Assembly (NCBI GenBank): GCA_965216465.1
Contig: CBDCFW010000006.1
Span: forward strand, 320,001-384,000
Length of the DNA stretch: 64,000 nucleotides
Source of the DNA: Bacteroidia bacterium
Lineage (GTDB): Bacteria; Bacteroidota; Bacteroidia; NS11-12g; UBA9320
Reading direction: 5' to 3'
This document shows positions 50,245-59,268 of this stretch, piece by piece; within the stretch, counting starts at the first letter, position 1; each line of letters begins with the position of its first letter. The position numbers and the translations under genes are program-made. The notes under the pieces are model-generated. The model was not told where the DNA came from. It did no database searches and saw nothing but the letters and a program-made list of their open reading frames with translations.

Positions 50245-51506
50245 ACCATTCGATAAAATATATAGTTGTGATCCTGCTCATGGTGTTGGTTTCTGCCTGC
50301 GAGAAGCAGATACAATTGAATCGCGAAACAGATTCGTATATCCATGTTTTCAACGAGCTTAATGGTTCTATTACGGGTATTCATTTACTTGATGATCAAA
50401 CCATTCTTTACACGGTCATGGAAACAGCCTCAAATGGAGCCGACTACAACAATATTTTTTTGGGAAGATATGATGAAAAAAGTGATAATTCTTGGCACCA
50501 ATTCATTGGCAAAAACGAGGGTTTTAATGGTAGAATAACAAGTCTTCGTGATTCTACGTACCTGGTATCTTCTAACTTAGGACCAAAAATCACGCGGTTT
50601 AAAGCCGATGGATCAATACTATACTCACGTAATTTTAGCGAATTCATAAGTAATGGAACGTGGGTCTCAAAACCTGTTCTAGACGAAAACAATGACGTCT
50701 ATATTTCCGCTCGTAATGGTGCAAAGGCTGGTGTTATTTACAAACTGAACCATCAAGGGGAAGGTCAATTGATAGCTTCGGTAGGTTCAACCGTTCCTTT
50801 ACCCAGTTCAAATATTGTGTTGCGAAGTCTTGTAGACTTTGAAGTCATTCACGTTCAAAATGGAATCGCCGCAGTGCGATGTACGTGCAGACCGTATCTA
50901 AGTGGTGTTGATTTTTATACCAATCAAGTGTATTTATCTATTAACTTGACAACTGCAGAAATTCTGAATTGGAATTGGATGACTAATCGGCCACACAAAC
51001 CACCCATTCAATACTTTGAAGACGAAAAAACAATGGGTTTTTCGGTGCGGTCTATTTCGTTAAATAATCACATTTATGGTGTGGTCGGAGGTCCAACATT
51101 TCAATTAGATCCTAAGTACGGTTCAGGTTATCGAAGTTTTAGGCTTCAAAAGCTTAGCTTGGATATGGATAGCATTTGGATTAAAGAGTTTGAGTTTGAA
51201 ACGGACCAACTCTTTTTATACGACGTCATGGCTATGTCTAATAATTCTATTCTAGTAACGGGTTCTAATATCTTGAACGGAATAGAAAAGGGCTTCTTCA
51301 TGATATTAAATGAAGATGGCGAAATTGTCTTTGAACAGTATGCTGTACCAAAATCAACTGGGTTTATAAGTGCAGCAGAGAGTTCAAATGGTTCGCTACA
51401 TTTCGGCGGCAGCGTGCTTGCGTGGGGCCAGGGTACCAGCCAGTATCAGTTTAAGCCCATGCTTATTAAAACAAACAGGCAAAGGGAATTTGCCTCAGAA
51501 CAGTAG
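50241..51506 (+). CDS. Beta-propeller-like lipoprotein, type B copy 1
   Basis: Lipobox VSAC; ATGA overlap with A1; paralog of 53550 and 57837. Confidence 0.7.
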   Translation: MNHSIKYIVVILLMVLVSACEKQIQLNRETDSYIHVFNELNGSITGIHLLDDQTILYTVMETASNGADYNNIFLGRYDEKSDNSWHQFIGKNEGFNGRITSLRDSTYLVSSNLGPKITRFKADGSILYSRNFSEFISNGTWVSKPVLDENNDVYISARNGAKAGVIYKLNHQGEGQLIASVGSTVPLPSSNIVLRSLVDFEVIHVQNGIAAVRCTCRPYLSGVDFYTNQVYLSINLTTAEILNWNWMTNRPHKPPIQYFEDEKTMGFSVRSISLNNHIYGVVGGPTFQLDPKYGSGYRSFRLQKLSLDMDSIWIKEFEFETDQLFLYDVMAMSNNSILVTGSNILNGIEKGFFMILNEDGEIVFEQYAVPKSTGFISAAESSNGSLHFGGSVLAWGQGTSQYQFKPMLIKTNRQREFASEQ

Positions 51507-52520
51507 TTATTTACTAATTCTATAAGATATGGGGAAGTTAAAATTTATCTGAAAACTTAAATTCCTCAGCATTAATTCGTCTCCAATGTACAGTGACGTT
51601 AATTCAAAGTCCAAATCATCTAAATGAGTTTCAGGATTGGCCATAGTATTGGTAAAATGATCGTACTGCACACGAAAACCAAGCTGACCAAAAATCAGAT
51701 CTTTTGAAACACCAGCATGAGCACCGACAAAGAGCTGATTTTTGTTTCTACTCGGCATTCCATCAGAGCTATACTGAATTTTATCGTTGCTTTGCAAAGA
51801 TTCATGCGTAACCAATCGATGGTCTGAAAGCAGGTAGCCATAGCCTAAGTGCGGACCGCAACTCCAATTTAATTTATTATCTAAGCTTCCTCTATAATCA
51901 AGTGCTACACTTCCTGCGATTAAGCTGTAGCGCTCTTTGTACAAGATGTCGATATTGTCTATGCCTCTTAAGTCATGCTGTATGCTTCCTCCTTGATTAG
52001 ACACTCGTATATCAAGATCAAATTTGTCATTTATTCTTTGGGTATAGTTGAATCCAAACATGTATCCCCCTGTGGTTCGATACTTATGCTCACCTTGGTT
52101 GTAAGGATTCAAGCTGCGCTTCACTTGGACACTATTCGCTCCCAAACCTGCAAAAAAGCCAAGTTTAGAAGAGGGAACAACGGTGTAAGAAAGAATCAAT
52201 TGGCTTAAGGCCCGAGGATCTTGTCCTTGAGTGTAGTTTGCATAGTTAGGACGCTCTTTAAAAAGTGCTTCAATAGCTTCTTCGGCTTTGTCTTGATTGT
52301 TTAATGCAATATAGGTTAGAGCCAGAAGACGCTGGGCTTCAAAACGTTCGTCCGAATTTTCAAAACTTGACATACAATTTTCTATACGTTTGACGGCCTC
52401 ATTTAGCTCTCCATTCTTGTATAGTTCATTGGCATCAACCAAGGCATTGTTACAGTCTAGGGCAACCGCTGAAAATACCAAGCAAAGTGCTAATAGAGTA
52501 TGGGAAATTCTTTTTTTCAT
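51507..52520 (-). CDS. TPR-like N-domain plus outer membrane beta-barrel (PorT/OMP_b-brl-like)
   Basis: Signal peptide, helical TPR-like region (AQRLLALTYIALN..DKAEEAI), then amphipathic strands. Confidence 0.7.
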   Translation of the reverse strand: MKKRISHTLLALCLVFSAVALDCNNALVDANELYKNGELNEAVKRIENCMSSFENSDERFEAQRLLALTYIALNNQDKAEEAIEALFKERPNYANYTQGQDPRALSQLILSYTVVPSSKLGFFAGLGANSVQVKRSLNPYNQGEHKYRTTGGYMFGFNYTQRINDKFDLDIRVSNQGGSIQHDLRGIDNIDILYKERYSLIAGSVALDYRGSLDNKLNWSCGPHLGYGYLLSDHRLVTHESLQSNDKIQYSSDGMPSRNKNQLFVGAHAGVSKDLIFGQLGFRVQYDHFTNTMANPETHLDDLDFELTSLYIGDELMLRNLSFQINFNFPISYRISK

Positions 52521-53545
52521 TGCGTAATTACTTGATAGTTAAAAATAATAGAGTATCCGACGTTAAAAGACAAAACGTGAATCAAGAAATCGTCATCTAA
52601 ATGATAATACCCCTGCGAAACGGCGGGATAATCATATCGTGCATCACCATTGTTGATTTGACGTAATGAATGCTTGTAGTTTACCTCAAGACTTACTAAC
52701 CCTGGACCAACCTGTTTAACAGCTCCCAATCCAACATTCCCACCATAAACCAATCGGTTTCGTTGTGATATCATACTTACCTGTTCTAGCGAAAAGGACT
52801 CATTCAATGTATTGTCGTCATAGTAAAAACTAGAATTGCTTCCTAAGAGTAATTCTCCATAAGCTCCGGCATATACATATGGCTTAAACCAATTTGACAC
52901 CTCTGGAGAAAAGCGAACACCTAGCGGAAGCACCCCGTAGGTCAATCTTTCATCCATAGATAGACTTAGATTGGAAGAAGAATAGTCAATACCGTAGTTC
53001 TGAATTGATGCCTGCAAGGCACCATAGATGCCCCATTTCGTGTTAATCTGATAAACCGAAGAGAAGCCCAATGAATACCCTTGTTTTCCGGAATAGGTCT
53101 TTTGGTCATTTTCTATAACCGAATAAACCTTCTGTACTTCGGGAAGAGTGAGATTTGTACCGGCGGAAATGGATAGTCCAACGCTTAGCTTCGGGATAAC
53201 CGTTATTCCTTCAATTAATCGGATAAAATCTTTAGGATCGTTTAGCAAACTGGGTTCAAACAGGGGGTCGATGTTGAGTAATGCAATCGCTTCGCTACGA
53301 GCCTGAGGTAGTTGATTTAAGCCCAAATAAGCCATGGCCCTAAGTCTGTGTACATTTACATTGTCATCGCACGTTTTTAGGGTGTCGAGCATTTCTTGCA
53401 GTTCGCCGTAATCGTACATAACACGAGCACCTTCAATGCGATCTGCGCAATTCTGAGCAGAAATACCGGCGGATACGCAAAGCAACAAGACCACGCCAAA
53501 TATCTTTGTTAAAAATTGCTGTTTAGTCGGGTTAGTCATATTCAT
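52517..53545 (-). CDS. TPR-like N-domain plus outer membrane beta-barrel (paralog)
   Basis: Signal peptide, HRLRAMAYLGLN..QARSEA, LTYGVLPLGVRF, KPYVYAGAY, LSFNVGY. Confidence 0.75.
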   Translation of the reverse strand: MNMTNPTKQQFLTKIFGVVLLLCVSAGISAQNCADRIEGARVMYDYGELQEMLDTLKTCDDNVNVHRLRAMAYLGLNQLPQARSEAIALLNIDPLFEPSLLNDPKDFIRLIEGITVIPKLSVGLSISAGTNLTLPEVQKVYSVIENDQKTYSGKQGYSLGFSSVYQINTKWGIYGALQASIQNYGIDYSSSNLSLSMDERLTYGVLPLGVRFSPEVSNWFKPYVYAGAYGELLLGSNSSFYYDDNTLNESFSLEQVSMISQRNRLVYGGNVGLGAVKQVGPGLVSLEVNYKHSLRQINNGDARYDYPAVSQGYYHLDDDFLIHVLSFNVGYSIIFNYQVITQ

Positions 53546-53549
53546 ATTT

Positions 53550-54770
53550 TTACTTCCAGTTTTCAAGTTTTCCTTCTTTAGTGAGTTTAACAACCACCGC
53601 TTTAGGTCGATATTTATTTAAGCCTAAGCCCATATCTCCAGTCGTTCCAGCTATAAGATAACTTCCGTCATCAAGTTTAATAATATCGTTAAATTCTACT
53701 CTATCCGGGAAATCATTGGATGTAATGACAATGTTTCCTGCTTCATCAAGTTCCGTTATGAAAGGAGTGCTAGACTGAGCGTTGTCACCACATATAACGG
53801 CACCTCCCTGAGGCAAGCCATTTATATTAGCTGGGGAACCATCTAATTTTTTAGACCACAGCTTATTCATCACAAAGTCCGTTTGATGAACCGTATAATT
53901 TCTCATATAAGAACGATAAAGATTGTGGTCTATCGATAAACGATCTATATCAAGTCCAAGACTGTAAACCATACCATTCGTGATAACCGGATTTTTTGGA
54001 TGAGCAGTAGGATACTCATGTTTTACAGAAACAGTATCAGTTAGCACCTTTGTTCGAAGAATTTCACCTGTATTCAAGTTAACCGCATATAACATCCGGT
54101 ACACTGTCGGGTAAAATTCAAAAGAGGTAGCATCCAAATACGCCGTGTCTTCTTCAATTCGATATAAAGACTCTATTTCTCGCTCTGAACTTCCATCAGA
54201 AAAAGTCGTAACAATTTCTACATTTCCATCTAGGGTAAATGCTATAATATAGTTTTGTTTCAAGTTTTTATGGCTAGAACATAAATAGAATTTGCCATCA
54301 GGACCAATTATCGGTTCCGAAAACTGACTAAATTCTGGAGCATTAAAATCTAAGTTTTGTATGGTATTAAGAATTTCGCCTTCTGGGCTAAAATGAATTA
54401 TTCGCCCTGTGCTCTGCCTTTGGCTTACTAAAATGCTTCCATCTGGCAACAACATGCAATTCATTTGAGTATAAAACAATCTTGATTCCGACTTAAGCTT
54501 TTTTTCCCAGAGAACGTTTCCATATACATCGGTCATCATCGCAAAAATGGTATCGTTGTCGTTTGAAGCATTATCCGTATTTCTTCCTAAAAAGAAGTAT
54601 TGATCGTCTGATACTTTTAAAACTGAGGTGAAGAATCCATTAAACTGGTTATAGGTTTTTATGTATGACGAATGAGCATCTTTTAACCCAACTTCTTTTT
54701 GACAAGAAATCTGCAGCATCACAAATACCACCAAACTAAAAATGAGCTTTATGTTTTTCGTAATCATCAT
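53550..54770 (-). CDS. Beta-propeller-like lipoprotein, type B copy 2
   Basis: Lipobox QISC; TDVYGNVLWEK, SEPIIGPDGKFYL, C-terminal AGT.G.G..KY. Confidence 0.7.
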   Translation of the reverse strand: MMITKNIKLIFSLVVFVMLQISCQKEVGLKDAHSSYIKTYNQFNGFFTSVLKVSDDQYFFLGRNTDNASNDNDTIFAMMTDVYGNVLWEKKLKSESRLFYTQMNCMLLPDGSILVSQRQSTGRIIHFSPEGEILNTIQNLDFNAPEFSQFSEPIIGPDGKFYLCSSHKNLKQNYIIAFTLDGNVEIVTTFSDGSSEREIESLYRIEEDTAYLDATSFEFYPTVYRMLYAVNLNTGEILRTKVLTDTVSVKHEYPTAHPKNPVITNGMVYSLGLDIDRLSIDHNLYRSYMRNYTVHQTDFVMNKLWSKKLDGSPANINGLPQGGAVICGDNAQSSTPFITELDEAGNIVITSNDFPDRVEFNDIIKLDDGSYLIAGTTGDMGLGLNKYRPKAVVVKLTKEGKLENWK

Positions 54771-55987
54771 TTAACAGGCATTTTTACTTGACCTTTACTA
54801 TCTAAAACATATCGAGTTAATGAGCTCTGTTTTGTCTCGTCGATAGTTTGAACGAGTACCACTAAATCCTCCCCCTCGGTTGTTGAACCCATAGCTAGCT
54901 GAAACAACTCAGTAGATCCTAAAGGGGCATTCCATTGTTCTAATCCTTCTCGGTTTATGAACTGCACTATCGCCTCTTTGGGAGAATAAATACTAACAGA
55001 AAAATCATGTGACTTAGTCGCTCCCAAAATCACATAACCTTCCCTATAGGAATTCATTTCTTGAAACCTAAAATAACCTTTTGATATATACCCATTTCGG
55101 TCTTTTTCTTTTGTCATTTGAGCAGTCATATGATTTAATACAACAGACCTACGGTACGGTGAAGTGGTTTGAAGTTGGTGAGCAAACATATAGCGTTGGT
55201 TTGGTAAGAGAATGGTCTTGCTTCTTAGATTTACATGCCGTTCTAAAGGACCATTTCCAAGCTGATTTACTCCCATTCGATCTCCAATTCCTATCAGGCT
55301 TAAGTCGGTACTTGAAACCTTTTGAGAATACATTTGCACCACATAATGAACTCCTAATTGAGCTGCTACCTGGCACAAAATTTCATCGTTGTTTATCTGT
55401 ATAATATCTACAATATGAGATTGAAAATTAGGGTCTGGGTGGTCCGATACTGTTATGATAGTATCTGAAGGGCTATATTTAGCCAAGAGCTGTCGTGTTT
55501 CTCCGACTCCGGTTCTACCTGCAACAATGAGGGAACCGTCTGAAGCTTCAATAACACTTAGCCACTGTTCCAAGGCACCAGAGTCAGTTAGCACCTCATT
55601 AAGTATAACTCCTTCTTGATTGATTGTGCACAGCAACGCTTTTGAATCTCCAAAGTCTGCTCCTTTTTCCAGAGCAAGTGTGTAGCCCACGGCCACATAA
55701 TCTCCATTTGCTTTTTGAATAACATCGGTAAAATTTCCGTTATGGTATTCCGGATATGTTTGGTGAAATTTGGGTTTAAGATCAGCATCCAACACAAGAA
55801 TAGTTGGAACATCATTAGAAGAACCAACAACTACAAATTCGTTGTCTTTGTTCACAATGGTTTTTTCCATTCGATCAAAGTCTGCACATCGGTAAATTTT
55901 GAGCTGATTTGAATCAAGCACTTGCTCCTGACGTGTACAAGAGAAGAGGTTAGCAACAAGGATTATTATGATAAATCTATTGATCAA
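54767..55987 (-). CDS. Beta-propeller-like lipoprotein, type A copy 2
   Basis: Lipobox LFSC; PTILVLDADL, GNFTDVIQKANGDYVAVGYT. Confidence 0.7.
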   Translation of the reverse strand: MINRFIIIILVANLFSCTRQEQVLDSNQLKIYRCADFDRMEKTIVNKDNEFVVVGSSNDVPTILVLDADLKPKFHQTYPEYHNGNFTDVIQKANGDYVAVGYTLALEKGADFGDSKALLCTINQEGVILNEVLTDSGALEQWLSVIEASDGSLIVAGRTGVGETRQLLAKYSPSDTIITVSDHPDPNFQSHIVDIIQINNDEILCQVAAQLGVHYVVQMYSQKVSSTDLSLIGIGDRMGVNQLGNGPLERHVNLRSKTILLPNQRYMFAHQLQTTSPYRRSVVLNHMTAQMTKEKDRNGYISKGYFRFQEMNSYREGYVILGATKSHDFSVSIYSPKEAIVQFINREGLEQWNAPLGSTELFQLAMGSTTEGEDLVVLVQTIDETKQSSLTRYVLDSKGQVKMPVK

Positions 55988-56092
55988 GTTTGAGGTTATA
56001 CCGTTAACAGTCTTTGCAATATAACGATTTAAAAAACAACCGATAACTCAATGCAAAAATGAGAGTTGCATATTATTTACTATCTTCCACCA

Positions 56093-56515
56093 ATGAAGTA
56101 TGGTTTCTGGGTTCTGATTTGCGTGTCTTTATTGTTTGGTTGTGCAACCGAGCAAAAAGTAGAGCCCATGGAAGCAGAAGACCTTTTAACCTTAGATGGT
56201 TGGTGGCCTGTTTATGCATTTCAAAATGGCATTGAAACACCGTTAGCCTCATGCAGTAAGGAGATAGAAATCTTTTATCGTCTAGATGGAACAGGAAGCC
56301 GTCATAGATATACCCCATGCGACACATTGGATCCAGCACAACAAGACTTTGAGTGGGAACTGATTAACAACAACCACCAAATTGTTATCATAAATAATGG
56401 CGTAAGAGACACGAACACCATTGTAAAATTAACCAAAGACGTATTCAAGGTTAAGTGGGAGCTTGACCAGTTTGGCGGTATTGTTGAAGTTTTAGAGCTT
56501 GAACTTCGTCATTGA
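56093..56515 (+). CDS. Lipocalin-like lipoprotein
   Basis: Lipobox LFGC; L...W, C..., DGT, W.L, IVKLT pattern. Confidence 0.6.
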   Translation: MKYGFWVLICVSLLFGCATEQKVEPMEAEDLLTLDGWWPVYAFQNGIETPLASCSKEIEIFYRLDGTGSRHRYTPCDTLDPAQQDFEWELINNNHQIVIINNGVRDTNTIVKLTKDVFKVKWELDQFGGIVEVLELELRH

Positions 56516-56611
56516 AGGGCAACGAAATTTGCATTTTTTTCAAGGTCTGAAAGAAAACTTGCCTGATTCTATTCAAAAAGTAGTTGTATTTATTTCACCT
56601 ATATTTGTTAG

Positions 56612-57832
56612 ATGCAGGTTACCCCTAAAATTTTGAAATTGCTATTAGTTTCATTGCTCTGGGTATCGTGCAAGCCTGACAAAATTCCTGCTGAAAACCA
56701 AACAATTCGTTTACATAACCAACATGAATTCGATGACGTGCGTAAGGCTATACACATGTCAGATGGTAGTTCTGTATACATCGGAGTGAGCGGTGGTCAA
56801 CCCTCAGTTCTAGCATTGAACAGTGATTTTAGTCTGAAGTATTTTAAACGATTTTCTGACTATGGACCAGGAGGTTTTAATAACGTATGTGAAATGACTA
56901 ATGGTGATATTGCAATAGTGGGCTACACCAATTCTTCGACTCTTGGTGCTTCTGCAGCAAATAGAAATGCTTTGATGATCCGCATAAATCAAGAAGGCGA
57001 TTTCATCTCATATTTCACGGATACAACAAACAATGCTAACGATCAATTTACCGCAGTTAAAAGTTTGCAAAATGAAGAGCTACTTTTATCTAGCTATTCA
57101 GGAACCCGGGTAACCACATTCCAGCTCAATGCAAATTCAAAGTTAGTGAATAGCCGCAAGGAATGGTTTAACGGCAATGAGGTAAGAGAAGGCTATTGCA
57201 ATTCGTTATTTACAGCACCGAATGGCAAATATGTTGAAATAGGAAATCATACAGTCAGTCAGTTGTCTACCGCGATGACTTTATATGCTATCGAAATTTA
57301 TGCCGATCAGCTTACAAAACCTAACAATTTGAACACCTACCGTGCCTATAATCCGAGGTCTTGGAACAATGTTGCTAAGTTTGCACCAATTCGAGGAGAA
57401 GCATGTCCATCAGAAAACAACGGAGGCTTATTTTATGGAACTACTAATTTTTCAGACAATAAATATTCTATATTACTTTTAGGAATGCATAACGCGGGGG
57501 GCATCTATCTTGAACGCCAGTTCTATGGAAATGGTCAAGCCGTTTTTCAGAATATGGTACCTTTTAGCAAGGGGTATCTTTTATTAGGTTCTACCGTAGA
57601 CTCAACCAAAAGTTTTCAAGCGAACACCTACGACACCTACATCGCTGCCATAGATGAACAAGGCAACTTATTATGGGAACAAACCATCCATTCTGAGTCA
57701 AGAGGTGAATCGGCACTTTCGGCACACGAAGAAGATGGAATTATCAGAGTCTCTGGCTTTACACAAACCAAAAATTCGAATTTTAGCTTTTTACAAGTAT
57801 ATCACGACATCAATGGCAACTTAATTCATTAG
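56612..57832 (+). CDS. Beta-propeller-like lipoprotein, type A copy 3
   Basis: Lipobox WVSC; PSVLALNSDF, GGFNNVCEMTNGDIAIVGYT. Confidence 0.7.
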   Translation: MQVTPKILKLLLVSLLWVSCKPDKIPAENQTIRLHNQHEFDDVRKAIHMSDGSSVYIGVSGGQPSVLALNSDFSLKYFKRFSDYGPGGFNNVCEMTNGDIAIVGYTNSSTLGASAANRNALMIRINQEGDFISYFTDTTNNANDQFTAVKSLQNEELLLSSYSGTRVTTFQLNANSKLVNSRKEWFNGNEVREGYCNSLFTAPNGKYVEIGNHTVSQLSTAMTLYAIEIYADQLTKPNNLNTYRAYNPRSWNNVAKFAPIRGEACPSENNGGLFYGTTNFSDNKYSILLLGMHNAGGIYLERQFYGNGQAVFQNMVPFSKGYLLLGSTVDSTKSFQANTYDTYIAAIDEQGNLLWEQTIHSESRGESALSAHEEDGIIRVSGFTQTKNSNFSFLQVYHDINGNLIH

Positions 57833-57836
57833 AATC

Positions 57837-59123
57837 ATGAAATACGTCTCTTTTAAAATATTCACTTTAATCCTATTAACCGTTGCAGCAAGTTCATGCA
57901 AGAAAGATGACGTAGCGGATCGAAGCAGTGGTCTGTTTGCCGGAATTTACGAGCACAATGGAAGCAATGCAACTAACGAATTAATTCCGTTTAATTTGAG
58001 TTGCGCAATTGAAAGCAGTACAGGGCACCTGTATACCACATCAACAGAAAATATCTCCCCAGATATATTCTTAGTCGTTATGAAAACAGATGCCGAAGGC
58101 AACAAAGAATGGATTAAAAGCTATCCTGTGCTTAGACGATTGGATACCAATATTTGGAACATCATAGAGTTGGAAGATGGTACACTTTTTATAAACTCAA
58201 GAAGAACAGATGAAATTTTGAGAATTAATTCAGAAGGAGACATCATCTATCATAAAACGTTTATCGATGATTGGGATAACGAACTGCAAACCGAAGCCAT
58301 CTCAGAACCATTGGTTCAGGAAGACGGCACGCTGTATCTTTCTGCACGTTATAGTGGATCCAGATTCAACCCTCCCACTAAAGTAAAAACGGTTTCAATA
58401 GACGAAAATGGTGATGCAATTGTCCTTCAGCAGTGGACTGATGAGAATTTTGCGACTATACTATATCACAATGTGGTATATGTTGATGTTGCCAACGATT
58501 CTGTATGGTATATCAGTAGTGCACCGGTTAAACAAGGTATAAATTCAACAGTACTGTTAAATTTTCATCAACAAAATCTTGGAGAAATTCCGACGGGTTG
58601 GTCTGATATGCTTTCGCCTCCAGAAGATACCGCAAACAATTTGGGAATTGTGCCCAATCATAGTTTAAGCGGTCCGCAACGCCACGGAACGGAGTTGCTT
58701 GTGTTATCTTCTCCTGATTTAGCTTTTGGAGTACCAATTCCAAATGGAAATCCAATTCGGTTTTGCAGATCTACAATTGATTGGGCAGCTGATGTTTATA
58801 AGGAGCGGAAATTAATTCATCATCCCACTTATTCTTATAGTGCTCGTTCGTTTACACGGACCGAAGAAGGCGAGTATTATATCTGTGGTGTAGTTGATCA
58901 AGGACTTCCTTCAGAAAAAGCATTTTTGGTAAAGCTGAATAACGATTTAGAAGTAGTTTTAGAAAAATACGACTATGATGAAACATATCGGTTTAACCAT
59001 ATCAGCATGTGTGAAGATGGTAACTTACTAATTTGTGGCTACACCATTGGTTCGGGGCAAGGAAATGACACCAAAACTAAATGGAACTTACTTTGTCGTT
59101 TGGATGCTGATGGGTCATTATAG
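57837..59123 (+). CDS. Beta-propeller-like lipoprotein, type B copy 3
   Basis: Lipobox ASSC followed by KKDD; KTDAEGNKEWIK, SEPLVQEDGTLYL, CGYTIGSGQG. Confidence 0.7.
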   Translation: MKYVSFKIFTLILLTVAASSCKKDDVADRSSGLFAGIYEHNGSNATNELIPFNLSCAIESSTGHLYTTSTENISPDIFLVVMKTDAEGNKEWIKSYPVLRRLDTNIWNIIELEDGTLFINSRRTDEILRINSEGDIIYHKTFIDDWDNELQTEAISEPLVQEDGTLYLSARYSGSRFNPPTKVKTVSIDENGDAIVLQQWTDENFATILYHNVVYVDVANDSVWYISSAPVKQGINSTVLLNFHQQNLGEIPTGWSDMLSPPEDTANNLGIVPNHSLSGPQRHGTELLVLSSPDLAFGVPIPNGNPIRFCRSTIDWAADVYKERKLIHHPTYSYSARSFTRTEEGEYYICGVVDQGLPSEKAFLVKLNNDLEVVLEKYDYDETYRFNHISMCEDGNLLICGYTIGSGQGNDTKTKWNLLCRLDADGSL

Positions 59124-59268
59124 ATGTATTAACATCATTATTTGTCTTCGAATCAACCTCCATCCTCTCACGCTCCATGCTCCCAAACCCAATCAAGCTT
59201 CCCATCATATTTCCTTACACCAAAAAATGCACATTCATGTAGGTAGTTTTCTACTTCGTATCAGAGTT

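Noticed and set aside
10554-51507. Exactly abutting gene ends (10554/10555, 11196/11197, 51506/51507)
   Set aside because: Expected in a compact genome; no shared sequence signal seen
59124-59268. Pyrimidine-rich intergenic stretch and overlapping 100-aa ORF 59035-59337
   Set aside because: It overlaps two well-supported convergent genes and has no motif or stable hairpin
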